Positions 18,431 through 27,492 of a stretch of 41,160 bases of DNA are shown piece by piece. The first letter of the stretch is position 1. Each line of letters starts with the position of its first letter. The stretch is from Silvanigrellaceae bacterium (GTDB lineage Bacteria > Bdellovibrionota_B > Oligoflexia > Silvanigrellales > Silvanigrellaceae), in the NCBI GenBank assembly GCA_049423385.1, contig JBMSQQ010000022.1, forward strand, positions 1 through 41,160, read 5' to 3'. Made by a program: the position numbers and the translations under genes. The notes beneath the pieces were generated by a model that was given only the letters and a program-made list of their open reading frames with translations, was not told the DNA's origin and ran no database searches.

Positions 18431-18985
18431 ATGAAAATCTTGAAACGAATCTTGGTCGCCGCAAATTCACTGGCGCTTTGCGCTTCAATCGCGACACCTG
18501 TCTTCGCTCGACAAACCTTGCCGAACACCCACGCAAACACTCAGGAGATTCAAAATCCTGGCTGGCCCATGATGATGGGTGGCTGGCACTACAAGAGTCC
18601 CTACGGTGGAATGTTTTTCAACGGCACGCCCATCAGTCTCGATGGAACAATTGTTGAATTCTCAACCTTTGTCCCGCAGCCGAGGATGATGAGCGGGAAT
18701 TTGATTGTTCTAAAGACCGAAAAGGGCAACCGCACCATCCACCTGGGACCGCGCTGGTACATTCGTGAACAAAATCTCGAACTCAAGGTCGGAGACCGGA
18801 TCAGTGTTCAAGGCAATCAGGTCAACCAAGGAAAGACCGAAATCGTGTTCGCATCCAAGATTACGAAAGGTCAGCAGACGTGGATTCTGAGAGACCCGGA
18901 AGGGATACCGAATTGGTGTGCTCAAAGACCCGCCGCACCGCAAAACGGCAAGGAAAACTCCAGCCAGGATGCCGACAAAAAGTAA
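18431..18985 (+). CDS. Exported OB-fold protein (HLGP.WY motif, MamS/MamX-like domain)
   Basis: Signal peptide ending VFA; Met/Gly-rich segment; IHLGPRWY, LKVGDRISVQG and LRDPEGIPNW. Start at 18422 or 18431. Confidence 0.65.
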   Translation: MKILKRILVAANSLALCASIATPVFARQTLPNTHANTQEIQNPGWPMMMGGWHYKSPYGGMFFNGTPISLDGTIVEFSTFVPQPRMMSGNLIVLKTEKGNRTIHLGPRWYIREQNLELKVGDRISVQGNQVNQGKTEIVFASKITKGQQTWILRDPEGIPNWCAQRPAAPQNGKENSSQDADKK

Positions 18986-19134
18986 TTTAAATCAATGATT
19001 ATTGAATCTTGAAAATACCTATAAAATTTACAAAAATGCCGTATTGACGGTGCTTATGGCGTCTGATATCCACAGCCGCGGTTGCAAGAAAGTGTTCAAA
19101 CGACACTCGATTCAAGACAGACCGGAGGTTTCTC

Positions 19135-20400
19135 ATGTTCTCATGGCGCCCAAGTTCCCTGTCCCAAGCACGCAAACCTCTTCTGTCTTTGCTGTTCACA
19201 GGCTCAGCAGTCCTTCTGGCCACTCCTGCGTTGGCCCGCAACCGCTCCCATGGTCGCCCTTCGAACGGAAACAATCCACCACCCGCAAGCAACAATGAAG
19301 CACCCAAATCCAACAGCCCAGTTGTTGTTCCTGGCTGCGGAAGCGATGCAACGATAACAATCGCAACATACAATGTTGAAAACTTCTGGGACGACATCGC
19401 GGAAAATTCCGGCGCGCAAAATTACGACGAATATAAAAAAGACGGTTCCAATTGGTACTCGGGTCAAATGGCGAAAGCCAAGGCCCAGAGCCTCGCCGAA
19501 GCAATCCGCATGGCGGGCGCACCCGATATCGTGGCGATGCAGGAATTCGAGAGCGCAAACAATACAAGCCGTTCACTTGAAATCCTCAAACCCTACGTCG
19601 AATCCATGGGCTACAAGTACTTCGCACTTGGTCAACAAAACCCGAAGAACCCCGTTGCAATCACAACAGCCGTGATGAGCAAGTTTCCAATCACCAAAAA
19701 CGACCGATTGGATTTCGCGATGAAGGAGGGGCAAATCAGTGGTCACTCCCTTGAAAACGACTCTCTCGATTCAATGAATTCCTCTGCCCGCGATCCGCAG
19801 GTGGTGACAATTGATGTCAAAGGCCAACCCGTGCGCATTTACACAGCCCATTGGAAGAGCCGCCGTGGCGACCGTGAATCCGGCAATGCAATGCGATTGG
19901 CCACCGCAGAACTCATCAAACAAGATATCGACGACCAAAAGAGCACCAATGCAAATGCAGACATCCTCGTGATGGGCGACTTCAACTCCGATTACAACGA
20001 ACGCCCGCTGCAATACGGAATGAATTCGACCGACGACAAGAACCATTTGAAGTTGGATCTTGCCAGCGACAAGATGTTCAACCTTTGGTTTGAACTTCCT
20101 TCCAGCGAACGCTGCTCATACATGCACTCAGGTGAGCTGCAATGTCTCGACCACATGCTCGTGAACTCCAGCCTGTTCGACGGCAAGGGCATTGATCTCG
20201 TCGAGCAAAGCTTCCAGGTTATTGGTCACAATGGCGGCGAAGCTGCTCAAAAACTCTTACGCAACGATGGCCGGACACCCAACCGCTGGGGAATGCAAAA
20301 GAACAACGGTCGAGCGTTCTTCACGGGCACGGGCTATTCTGACCATCTTCCACTCGTTGCAACATTCAAGATTCCAAGCCTCTGCAAGGCGACCCGCTGA
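19135..20400 (+). CDS. Secreted endonuclease/exonuclease/phosphatase (EEP) family protein
   Basis: Signal peptide; ATYNVENF, MQE, HWKSR, MGDFN, LDH and YSDHLP. GGAGG RBS. Confidence 0.92.
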   Translation: MFSWRPSSLSQARKPLLSLLFTGSAVLLATPALARNRSHGRPSNGNNPPPASNNEAPKSNSPVVVPGCGSDATITIATYNVENFWDDIAENSGAQNYDEYKKDGSNWYSGQMAKAKAQSLAEAIRMAGAPDIVAMQEFESANNTSRSLEILKPYVESMGYKYFALGQQNPKNPVAITTAVMSKFPITKNDRLDFAMKEGQISGHSLENDSLDSMNSSARDPQVVTIDVKGQPVRIYTAHWKSRRGDRESGNAMRLATAELIKQDIDDQKSTNANADILVMGDFNSDYNERPLQYGMNSTDDKNHLKLDLASDKMFNLWFELPSSERCSYMHSGELQCLDHMLVNSSLFDGKGIDLVEQSFQVIGHNGGEAAQKLLRNDGRTPNRWGMQKNNGRAFFTGTGYSDHLPLVATFKIPSLCKATR

Positions 20401-20456
20401 GTTGTTGAGCGAATAGGTCAACCCACTCAGCATCCCATTCCAAATCGGAAGGGCAT

Positions 20457-20491
20457 TGCACAACCTGTCCAGGTTGTGCATTGTTTTTATT
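20457..20491 (+). terminator. Intrinsic terminator after the EEP gene
   Basis: Perfect 10-bp stem TGCACAACCT-gtcc-AGGTTGTGCA followed by TTGTTTTTATT. Confidence 0.7.
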
Positions 20492-20557
20492 GCCGACAAG
20501 GCGCTTTTTGAGTTTCTCGGGGTCATGCGCGGACAAGCTTCTGCAGGGAGGATGACC

Positions 20558-20740
20558 ATGCGAAAAAAACCGCGAAAAGTAGCGAGTCGCAAAAGAAAAA
20601 AGAGAGAAAGATATACAGACGACGAAACCCCCGGCCCAGACTCCCTGGAGAAATTGCCTCCAATCAACCGTCGGGATTTGCCGTCACAAAACGATCCCGG
20701 AGTTGCACATTGTCCGATAGCCACGAACTGGAATTGCTGA
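20558..20740 (+). CDS. Possible small basic protein (60 aa)
   Basis: GGGAGG RBS before ATG 20558; Lys/Arg-rich N-terminus MRKKPRKVASRKRKKRER. It overlaps the next ORF by 31 bp, so it is uncertain. Confidence 0.3.
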   Translation: MRKKPRKVASRKRKKRERYTDDETPGPDSLEKLPPINRRDLPSQNDPGVAHCPIATNWNC

Positions 20741-20955
20741 GCATCATCGAAGTCCAAAACCAGAAAAGCTGTCCTTGTGGTCATGACTACCGCGACCACA
20801 TGGTCAGCCAGATTGGTGAATACACCGGTTGGGGCTGGTTTTGGGTTCTTTTTGGGGTCACCACCGAACCCGTTCGGGTGAAGTTTGTATGCAGGCGCTG
20901 CCAGACAACTGTGGGTGTCAGTGAGGATCGGCGAATCCTGAGGCGTGACGTCTAG
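20710..20955 (+). CDS. Small putative Zn-binding protein (81 aa)
   Basis: GGAG before TTG; CPCGH...CRRC ligand pairs flanking the hydrophobic GWGWFWVLFGV segment; abuts the photolyase stop with a 4-bp convergent overlap. Confidence 0.65.
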   Translation: MSDSHELELLSIIEVQNQKSCPCGHDYRDHMVSQIGEYTGWGWFWVLFGVTTEPVRVKFVCRRCQTTVGVSEDRRILRRDV

Positions 20956-22487
20956 AGCGCTCCACTCCTGGCAAGCTCGATAGACTCGGCTGCTTTATTG
21001 CGGATGAGCGCTTTTTCCTCCTCTGGCTTTTTATTCCAAACACTCCACATCATACCCATACGCCGCGCAAACGATGGTCTCGAGACCTTGAGACGTTGAG
21101 TTTCATCGATGAAATTCCAATAGAGAGAGTTGAACGGGCATGCTTTTTCGCCTGTCGACTGTTTCGGGTCATACCTGCATTCGCTGCAATAGTTACTCAT
21201 CTTGTTGATGTAGTTTGCTCCGGAAACATATGGTTTTGTCGCAAAAACTCCGCCGTCCGCAAATTGGCTCATCCCAAGAACATTGGGCGTAACAACCCAT
21301 TCATATGCATCCAGATATACCGACCAAAACCATCGATTGACCTCATGTGGATTGGTTTTCGTGAGCAGCGCGAAATTCCCCAGGACCATCAATCTTGGAA
21401 TATGGTGAGAATAAGCATGTTGACGGACACTCTCGACGTTTTTTGAAAGACAATTGAGCTTTGTGTTTGTGCCCCAGTACAATGGTGGGAGTTTTCCATT
21501 GAAGCCAAAAAAATTGCTGGCGGAATAATCGCTGTCGTGGCGAAGGTAAATCAACCGTACAAATTCACGCCAGCCAATGACCTGACGAATGAATCCCTCA
21601 CGCGAGGAGAGAGGAACATCTCCATTTGCCTGCTCAACCGCAGCGACAATTTCCCGGGCAGACAAGATTTGGATATTCATGGGCGCGGAAAGGCCTGAAT
21701 GAAAAAGTCCATTTGATTGGCCAACCATGGCATCTTCATAAGGTCCGAAAAGCGACAGCCTTTTCGAAACGAATTCCTCCAAAAACATCAGTGCCGTTTT
21801 TCTGTGTGTCGGCAACCTTGGTCTGGTCCAGCTGCCAAAGCGGTCCGCTGGAACATGTGGCCGGAGCATTTTCTCAACTTTTGAAAAAATTTTTTTATCC
21901 GTCTCGTCGAACCAGTCCTGATTGAGAAAATCTTCGGGCAGATTTTGAATCAGATGTTTGTCGGGTGGCTGCCGATTCTGCTCATCAAAATTCCACGCAC
22001 CTCCCTGGGGTTCGCCATTTTCCATCAGGATATTCAACTTTACTCGCATTTTTCTGTAGAAATTTTCAAGCAGGTAGGGTGGCTTCGGAGGCAAAAGGGA
22101 ATCATCGGCAAGAAAGAACGGGTTGTCATGATAAACAACACTTGCCTTGAGATCTTCTTGGATCCATTTCTTGGCACGAGGTTCCGAAGGTTCCACAACG
22201 TGGAGTTCCGAACATTCTTCATCATCGACAACTTGAGAAAATGTCTTCAGCGAACCCTCGACATACTTGAATGGTAGTGAGGGGTGGCTCCGCTGCAATT
22301 CCATTGCAAAACGCCGCATGCAGGTGAAAAGGTAAAGCAGTTTCTGTGGGTGATAAGGCATCCATCCCGTGCGCGGAATAGACTCAATCATCATCAAACT
22401 CTCACCCGCCGACCATTGCTTGCGCTGCAGAAATGGATGGCCGGAGCTCAGTTGATCACCAAGGATCAAGTAAATTGTTTTTTTCAT
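20952..22487 (-). CDS. Cryptochrome/photolyase, FeS-cluster bacterial (6-4) photolyase (PhrB/CryB-like)
   Basis: LGDQL, HPQKL, WNFDEQNR, EGFIRQVIGWRE, HHIPRL and TKPYVSGANYINKMSNYC; four Cys (NCL, YCSEC, ACPF) match the [4Fe-4S] ligands of this subfamily. Confidence 0.93.
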   Translation of the reverse strand: MKKTIYLILGDQLSSGHPFLQRKQWSAGESLMMIESIPRTGWMPYHPQKLLYLFTCMRRFAMELQRSHPSLPFKYVEGSLKTFSQVVDDEECSELHVVEPSEPRAKKWIQEDLKASVVYHDNPFFLADDSLLPPKPPYLLENFYRKMRVKLNILMENGEPQGGAWNFDEQNRQPPDKHLIQNLPEDFLNQDWFDETDKKIFSKVEKMLRPHVPADRFGSWTRPRLPTHRKTALMFLEEFVSKRLSLFGPYEDAMVGQSNGLFHSGLSAPMNIQILSAREIVAAVEQANGDVPLSSREGFIRQVIGWREFVRLIYLRHDSDYSASNFFGFNGKLPPLYWGTNTKLNCLSKNVESVRQHAYSHHIPRLMVLGNFALLTKTNPHEVNRWFWSVYLDAYEWVVTPNVLGMSQFADGGVFATKPYVSGANYINKMSNYCSECRYDPKQSTGEKACPFNSLYWNFIDETQRLKVSRPSFARRMGMMWSVWNKKPEEEKALIRNKAAESIELARSGAL

Positions 22488-22648
22488 TGCCCCGCTTCCT
22501 TTGTTTCTTACGTGCTCAAACGATTTAATCGGATTTATTCATTTGTGGAAGATAACGCTCCTTCAATGGAAGACAATTCGCCACGGTCGTAGCATCCGAA
22601 CTGAGAGGCCAATTTTTTGGCTCGATTCATCAGGAGGAGGATTGATTC

Positions 22649-23059
22649 ATGGCAAACGACCAACACGGCAAGGAACTCAAATCTTCAGAATCCCAGAAGC
22701 GAACCACGGGAAAAATGACTGTCGAGGAGGCTGGTCGACTTGGCGGAGAACGGACAGCGCAAACCCGAGGCCACGAATTTTATCAATCCATCGGCCGCAA
22801 GGGCGGCGAAGTTGTCAGCAAGGACAGGCAGCACATGTCTTCGATAGGACGAAAAGGCGGAGAAGCTGTCAGCAGGGACAGGGCCCACATGGCTCTGATT
22901 GGTCAAAAAGGTGGTGAAGCACGTAGCCGCCACTTCAAGGCCCAGCAACAGGAAAAAAGGAAAATCGGAGAACCACTTTCTGGCCAGACGACCAGTGAAA
23001 AACCTGCGGATGCCTCCGACTTCAACAAAAAAGCTGGAGAACAGGAAAAAGCCGGCTGA
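22649..23059 (+). CDS. KGG-repeat general stress protein (GsiB/Em/YciG-like)
   Basis: MTVEEAGRLGGE, EFYQSIGRKGGE, HMSSIGRKGGE and HMALIGQKGGE. AGGAGG RBS. Confidence 0.92.
   Translation: MANDQHGKELKSSESQKRTTGKMTVEEAGRLGGERTAQTRGHEFYQSIGRKGGEVVSKDRQHMSSIGRKGGEAVSRDRAHMALIGQKGGEARSRHFKAQQQEKRKIGEPLSGQTTSEKPADASDFNKKAGEQEKAG
22790..22920 (+). repeat. 54-bp imperfect coding repeat (18-aa KGG unit)
   Basis: KGGEVVSKDRQHMSSIGR / KGGEAVSRDRAHMALIGQ / KGGE. Confidence 0.8.
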
Positions 23060-23266
23060 CATCCACTTGACGGAGCCGTGCATCACGCACTCCAGATCGC
23101 ACGATTTTGATGGGGTTCGAACGTCTCCACCCGTTCATCCCCCTCTCATCGCGTTTTGCAGTTTATCGGCCTTTGGGCTAAGTTCCAGCGCTGTCGGCCG
23201 GGTTGAACCCCAGGCTCGACGAGCGAAGAACAGACAGTCAAATGGCTCTGGTGGAGAATTTCTCTC

Positions 23267-26200
23267 ATGGCAAACGCGGCGACACCCTCGAAGGCATGGC
23301 TCAACGAAGTTGAGCTTCTCGATACCGTTTTGGAAAAACCTGATCTCAGCACTTCGGCTTTGGCAAATGCCCCGGCAGACGGCACCAGTGGCGTTCAAGG
23401 AGCAATTCAACAAGACTTGCTGGCAAACTTGCGTGTTGGACTCGACACAGCTGTGCCATGGTTCCTGAACCAGATGCCGCCACTGTACCAGTTCATCACA
23501 CCACGTGATGAACGCCTCGAACACCTCACGGAAATCGTCTCGGGCAAGGTTCTTTCCGATGGTCAGGAAGTCGAACGCTGGAACAACCAGACACAGTGCT
23601 CAACCATCGTTGCAGCTGGCAACAACGGCGGAGCAGCAATCACACTGGCACCTCGTCTTGGGCGTGTGCAGGCGAAATTTGTTTCCTTCTTTTTGTCGAA
23701 CGACAAGCGGGTCGCAATCTGCACGACGCTGCAGTCTCCCTACAAGAGCGGTGCAAACTGGAGCGGTGCCGACAAACAACAAAAGAAGACTTCCATTCTT
23801 CAGTCCTTGTCGCTGAAACCTTCAGCCGAAGTTGAAAACTATCTGAATTCGATTGACCCGGAACTGCTGGAACGCACGACCTCAAAAATGCTGGCTGTTG
23901 GATTTTCCGCGGTCAAATATTGCCAGGAAAACGAAAACGCATTCGTCAACCTGACGACCGTCGATGATGCAACAGACGGAAGTTTTCGAGTCGACATCGG
24001 CCTCAAGGGATTTCCCGTGACTGCCGGAATAGAGAACGTGGTCGGTATTTTGAACCGCTACAACTTCAACGTTCGTCGCTCACTTGGCTTTGAAGTCCGC
24101 TTGTCCGACAATCAACAATTCGCAATTGTCCAGATCGTGGCAGCGGCGAACTCGGGTGAGAAAGTCAATCCAAATTCGACCCCATGGGGACGCGTCATGA
24201 AAGGTCTCAAGGCGCTGAACTATGTTGACCATGGCGACGAATTTTCAGCCTTGATGCAAGGAAGCAATCCACGCAGCCTGAACGAATCCAACTTGATCCG
24301 TGCGATCGCGAACTGGTCTCACATCTTTCTGACCAAGGTCAATCCGTACTACTACGCGCTTGACCGCGTTTCCAAGGTGATCGTCCGCAACGATGCCTAC
24401 ATGGAACAGTGCATCCGTTTCTTCCGTGCACGATTCGACCCGCGCTTTGACGGTGATCGCAAGGCTCGTGCGGCCGAATGTGCGCGCAACGTGGAGGGAA
24501 TGCTTGTTGACATCCAGGACGATGTCGAACGCAACATTCTTCGCGAAGGTTTCAATTTCCTTCAAAACATCCTCAAGACAAACTACTTCCTTGTGTCCAA
24601 GGGTGGATTGTCGTTCCGTGTTGACCCCAAATGCCTGAACAAGGAATTCTATCCGGATTCTCCTTACGGCATCTTCTACATGATCGGTCGCGATTTCCGT
24701 GGATTCCAGGTTCGCTACCGCGACATCGCCCGTGGCGGAGTCCGGGTTGTGATGCCGCGCAATGCTGCCGATTACGACAATGCTCTTGCGGGTGTGTTCG
24801 ACGAAGTCAATGGTCTTGCCTCCGCTCAACAGATGAAGAACAAGGACATTCCTGAAGGAGGCTCGAAGGCTGTCCTGGTTGTCCGCCCGGGCGGCAATCG
24901 CCACCTCGCGGTGAAGGCTGCAATTTCTGGCCTGCTCGACTTGATCACCACCGACCCGAAAACCGGCAAGCTCGCAGACGGGATCATTGATCACTTCGGT
25001 CAAGAAGAGATCATTTATCTTGGTCCAGACGAAAACATGACAGATGACCTCATCGTCTGGGTGATTGAGCACGCGCTTTATCGTGGATACAAATATGCCT
25101 ATGCGTTCATGTCGAGCAAACCCGACTTCGGCATCAACCACAAAACCTACGGAGTCACGTCTGAAGGTCTGAACGTCTACCTCGACAACGTTCTTCAGCA
25201 TCTGAAACTGAACTCGCCGCAATCGACCTTCCGCGTCAAAATGACAGGTGGGCCCGACGGTGACGTTGCCGGCAATGAGCTGAAAATCCTTCACAGGGAA
25301 TACGGGGAACGCGCACGCGTTGTTGCCATCGGCGATGGCTACGGCGCTGCGTTTGACCCCAATGGTCTCAACTGGGAAGAACTGCTCAGACTTGTCCGCG
25401 AGAACAAATCGATTGTCGAATTCAGCAAGGCCAAACTGAGCGGAGACGCCAAGGCCTACGTCATCTCTGCCGACAGCAAGGAAAACATCAAGACCCGCGA
25501 CAATCTCTACGCGAACGTCGAGGCAGAGATTTTCATTCCTGCAGGCGGACGTCCGTTCACGGTCAAAGATTCCAATTGGCAGCGCTATCTCAAGTCCGAT
25601 GGAACACCAAGCTCACTGGCCATTGTTGAAGGTGCAAACATCTTCTTCACGCCAAGTGCACGCAAGAGCCTTGTTCAAAGCGGAGTCGTCGTCATCAAGG
25701 ACAGCTCGGCAAACAAAACGGGCGTGATCTGCTCTTCATATGAAATTATTGCTTGCCTGACGTTGTCGCCCGAAGAGTTCGCAGCAATCAAGCCAACCTA
25801 TGTGAATCAGGTGATTCAGATATTGAGAGAGAAGGCAGACAAGGAAGCGAAGCTTCTGTTCCGCGAGTGGACGATGCATTCAAGCGAAACAAATCTGGTT
25901 GACCTGAGCTACGATGTTTCGTCGGAAATCAACAAAGCCAAGGACATCACCCGTGACCGGTTGAATCGTCTTTCCGATGCAGAACTGTCTGCAGAAAAAT
26001 TCAATTTCATCCTTTATCAACACTGTCCGCAGATCTTGGTCGAAAAATACAGGGATCGCATTGTTTCCCGGCTGCCTCGCGCCCATAAAATCGCAATCAT
26101 GAGCGCCTACATGGCTAGCCACCTGGTCTACAAGGAAGGACTCTCACTTCTCGACACCCTCGAGCCGGAACAGGTCTTCAAATTGGCCTTGGAATATATT

Positions 26201-26326
26201 GATGCGGAACAAGCTGTCGACAGGATGATTCTTGATATCACCAACAGCGCCTTGCCGGATAAGGACAAATTGGTATCGATCCTCAGGGGCGCAGGGGCGA
26301 AACAACTGGCGTCGAGCCGTATCTGA
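23267..26326 (+). CDS. Large NAD-specific glutamate dehydrogenase (~115 kDa class)
   Basis: DIARGGVR, KNKDIPEGGSK, YLGPDEN, GINHKTYGVTS, TGGPDGDVAGN, VEGAN and SANKTGVICSSYE. Confidence 0.93.
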   Translation: MANAATPSKAWLNEVELLDTVLEKPDLSTSALANAPADGTSGVQGAIQQDLLANLRVGLDTAVPWFLNQMPPLYQFITPRDERLEHLTEIVSGKVLSDGQEVERWNNQTQCSTIVAAGNNGGAAITLAPRLGRVQAKFVSFFLSNDKRVAICTTLQSPYKSGANWSGADKQQKKTSILQSLSLKPSAEVENYLNSIDPELLERTTSKMLAVGFSAVKYCQENENAFVNLTTVDDATDGSFRVDIGLKGFPVTAGIENVVGILNRYNFNVRRSLGFEVRLSDNQQFAIVQIVAAANSGEKVNPNSTPWGRVMKGLKALNYVDHGDEFSALMQGSNPRSLNESNLIRAIANWSHIFLTKVNPYYYALDRVSKVIVRNDAYMEQCIRFFRARFDPRFDGDRKARAAECARNVEGMLVDIQDDVERNILREGFNFLQNILKTNYFLVSKGGLSFRVDPKCLNKEFYPDSPYGIFYMIGRDFRGFQVRYRDIARGGVRVVMPRNAADYDNALAGVFDEVNGLASAQQMKNKDIPEGGSKAVLVVRPGGNRHLAVKAAISGLLDLITTDPKTGKLADGIIDHFGQEEIIYLGPDENMTDDLIVWVIEHALYRGYKYAYAFMSSKPDFGINHKTYGVTSEGLNVYLDNVLQHLKLNSPQSTFRVKMTGGPDGDVAGNELKILHREYGERARVVAIGDGYGAAFDPNGLNWEELLRLVRENKSIVEFSKAKLSGDAKAYVISADSKENIKTRDNLYANVEAEIFIPAGGRPFTVKDSNWQRYLKSDGTPSSLAIVEGANIFFTPSARKSLVQSGVVVIKDSSANKTGVICSSYEIIACLTLSPEEFAAIKPTYVNQVIQILREKADKEAKLLFREWTMHSSETNLVDLSYDVSSEINKAKDITRDRLNRLSDAELSAEKFNFILYQHCPQILVEKYRDRIVSRLPRAHKIAIMSAYMASHLVYKEGLSLLDTLEPEQVFKLALEYIDAEQAVDRMILDITNSALPDKDKLVSILRGAGAKQLASSRI

Positions 26327-26370
26327 TTGTTTGATACGGTTGCGCCAAATATAAGTCTGGAGCTTAGAGG

Positions 26371-27492
26371 TTGACCGATTCGCAAGAACAAAGTGCCGCC
26401 ATTGAGCGTGCCGGACTTTTGAGCCTCACTCCCTTGGCTCGCCGGCGCGTTTTCTTTTTGCTCGCCTCACTTTTCGCGTTTTGGATTTTACTGCCGCTGT
26501 GGCCCGGCATCGTTGTTGGAGCCGCGCTCGCATACTTGAGCGAGCCACTGAATTCCCGATTGATGAAATTCTTCAATGCGCGCCGATCAGGAAGAAAGTC
26601 GGCAGCGATATCGGCGGCAACTGTCTTCGCACTCAGTATTGCCGTTCTTCTGCCATTCGCAGCGGTTGTGATTGGCGCACTTGAGCAAATCTCGTTGAGT
26701 CTTGCGCGCATCAAGGGTCAGGATGCGGCAGAGCTTCTGGACAAACTTTTGCAATGGGGCAAGCAACTGGTTCAATTCATCCCGTTCAAAATCGACACGA
26801 CCGAACTCGTTTCAATTCTGACAAATGCGGCGCAATTTGCGCTGACCTGGGTGGGGCAAAACACCGGTCGCTTGCTTGCCGAGCTGCCCTCGACAGTTTT
26901 TGTCGCGACTGTTTCCTTTGTCAGCTGGCTCTATTTTTTAATGGTGGGACGCAGGTTGAGAATCAGCATTCTGCGGTTTTTGATGCCATGGCCTTCTGAG
27001 AGGGCATTGCTGCGCGCGTCATTTGCCGAACTCCTCCGTAGCCTCGTCCTGGCCAACATCCTTGTTTCCTTCATCCAGGCGCTCGTCATTGGTGTTTTTC
27101 TTGCGGCCGTGGGTGTTCCACATGTGATGCTCTGGACTTCAGCCTCCTTTTTCCTTTCGTTTATTCCGGTTGTCGGCACAGCACCCGTGACTCTGGGTAC
27201 TGCACTTTGGTGCTGGACCCTGGCGGACAGCCCCGAAAGGGCCGTCGCCATGATTGTCTGCGCATTGATTGCCGGGACATCCGACAATCTTTTGCGGCCA
27301 CTGCTGGCCAGAGGCTCTGTCGAGCTCAACCCATATTGGCTTTTTTTGGCCATGATTGGTGGATTGGCGCAGTTTGGTGCTGCAGGTTTCATTGTCGGAC
27401 CGTTGGCTCTGACCCTGACCATCGCATCGGCAACGGCACTGCGACATGCACTCAAAAATGCCCATAGAGAGAAGACTTCATGCGAAATCTGA
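26371..27492 (+). CDS. AI-2E family transporter
   Basis: Multiple TM helices; LSFIPVVG, DNLLRPLL and GGLAQFGAAGFIVGP. Confidence 0.92.
   Translation: MTDSQEQSAAIERAGLLSLTPLARRRVFFLLASLFAFWILLPLWPGIVVGAALAYLSEPLNSRLMKFFNARRSGRKSAAISAATVFALSIAVLLPFAAVVIGALEQISLSLARIKGQDAAELLDKLLQWGKQLVQFIPFKIDTTELVSILTNAAQFALTWVGQNTGRLLAELPSTVFVATVSFVSWLYFLMVGRRLRISILRFLMPWPSERALLRASFAELLRSLVLANILVSFIQALVIGVFLAAVGVPHVMLWTSASFFLSFIPVVGTAPVTLGTALWCWTLADSPERAVAMIVCALIAGTSDNLLRPLLARGSVELNPYWLFLAMIGGLAQFGAAGFIVGPLALTLTIASATALRHALKNAHREKTSCEI

Noticed and set aside
18431..18985. Magnetosome island
   Set aside because: Only one MamS/MamX-like domain, with no other mam genes.
23109..23150. GGTTCGAA T-loop-like motif (also GGTTCGA on the minus strand near 15833-15839)
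   Set aside because: No T-stem pairing or cloverleaf can be built, so these are not tRNAs.
23163..23170. Perfect GCCGATAA on the minus strand
   Set aside because: No -35 element and no sense gene downstream; about one chance hit is expected in a window of this size.
24245..25294. 349-aa minus-strand ORF
   Set aside because: Antisense shadow of the NAD-glutamate dehydrogenase gene.
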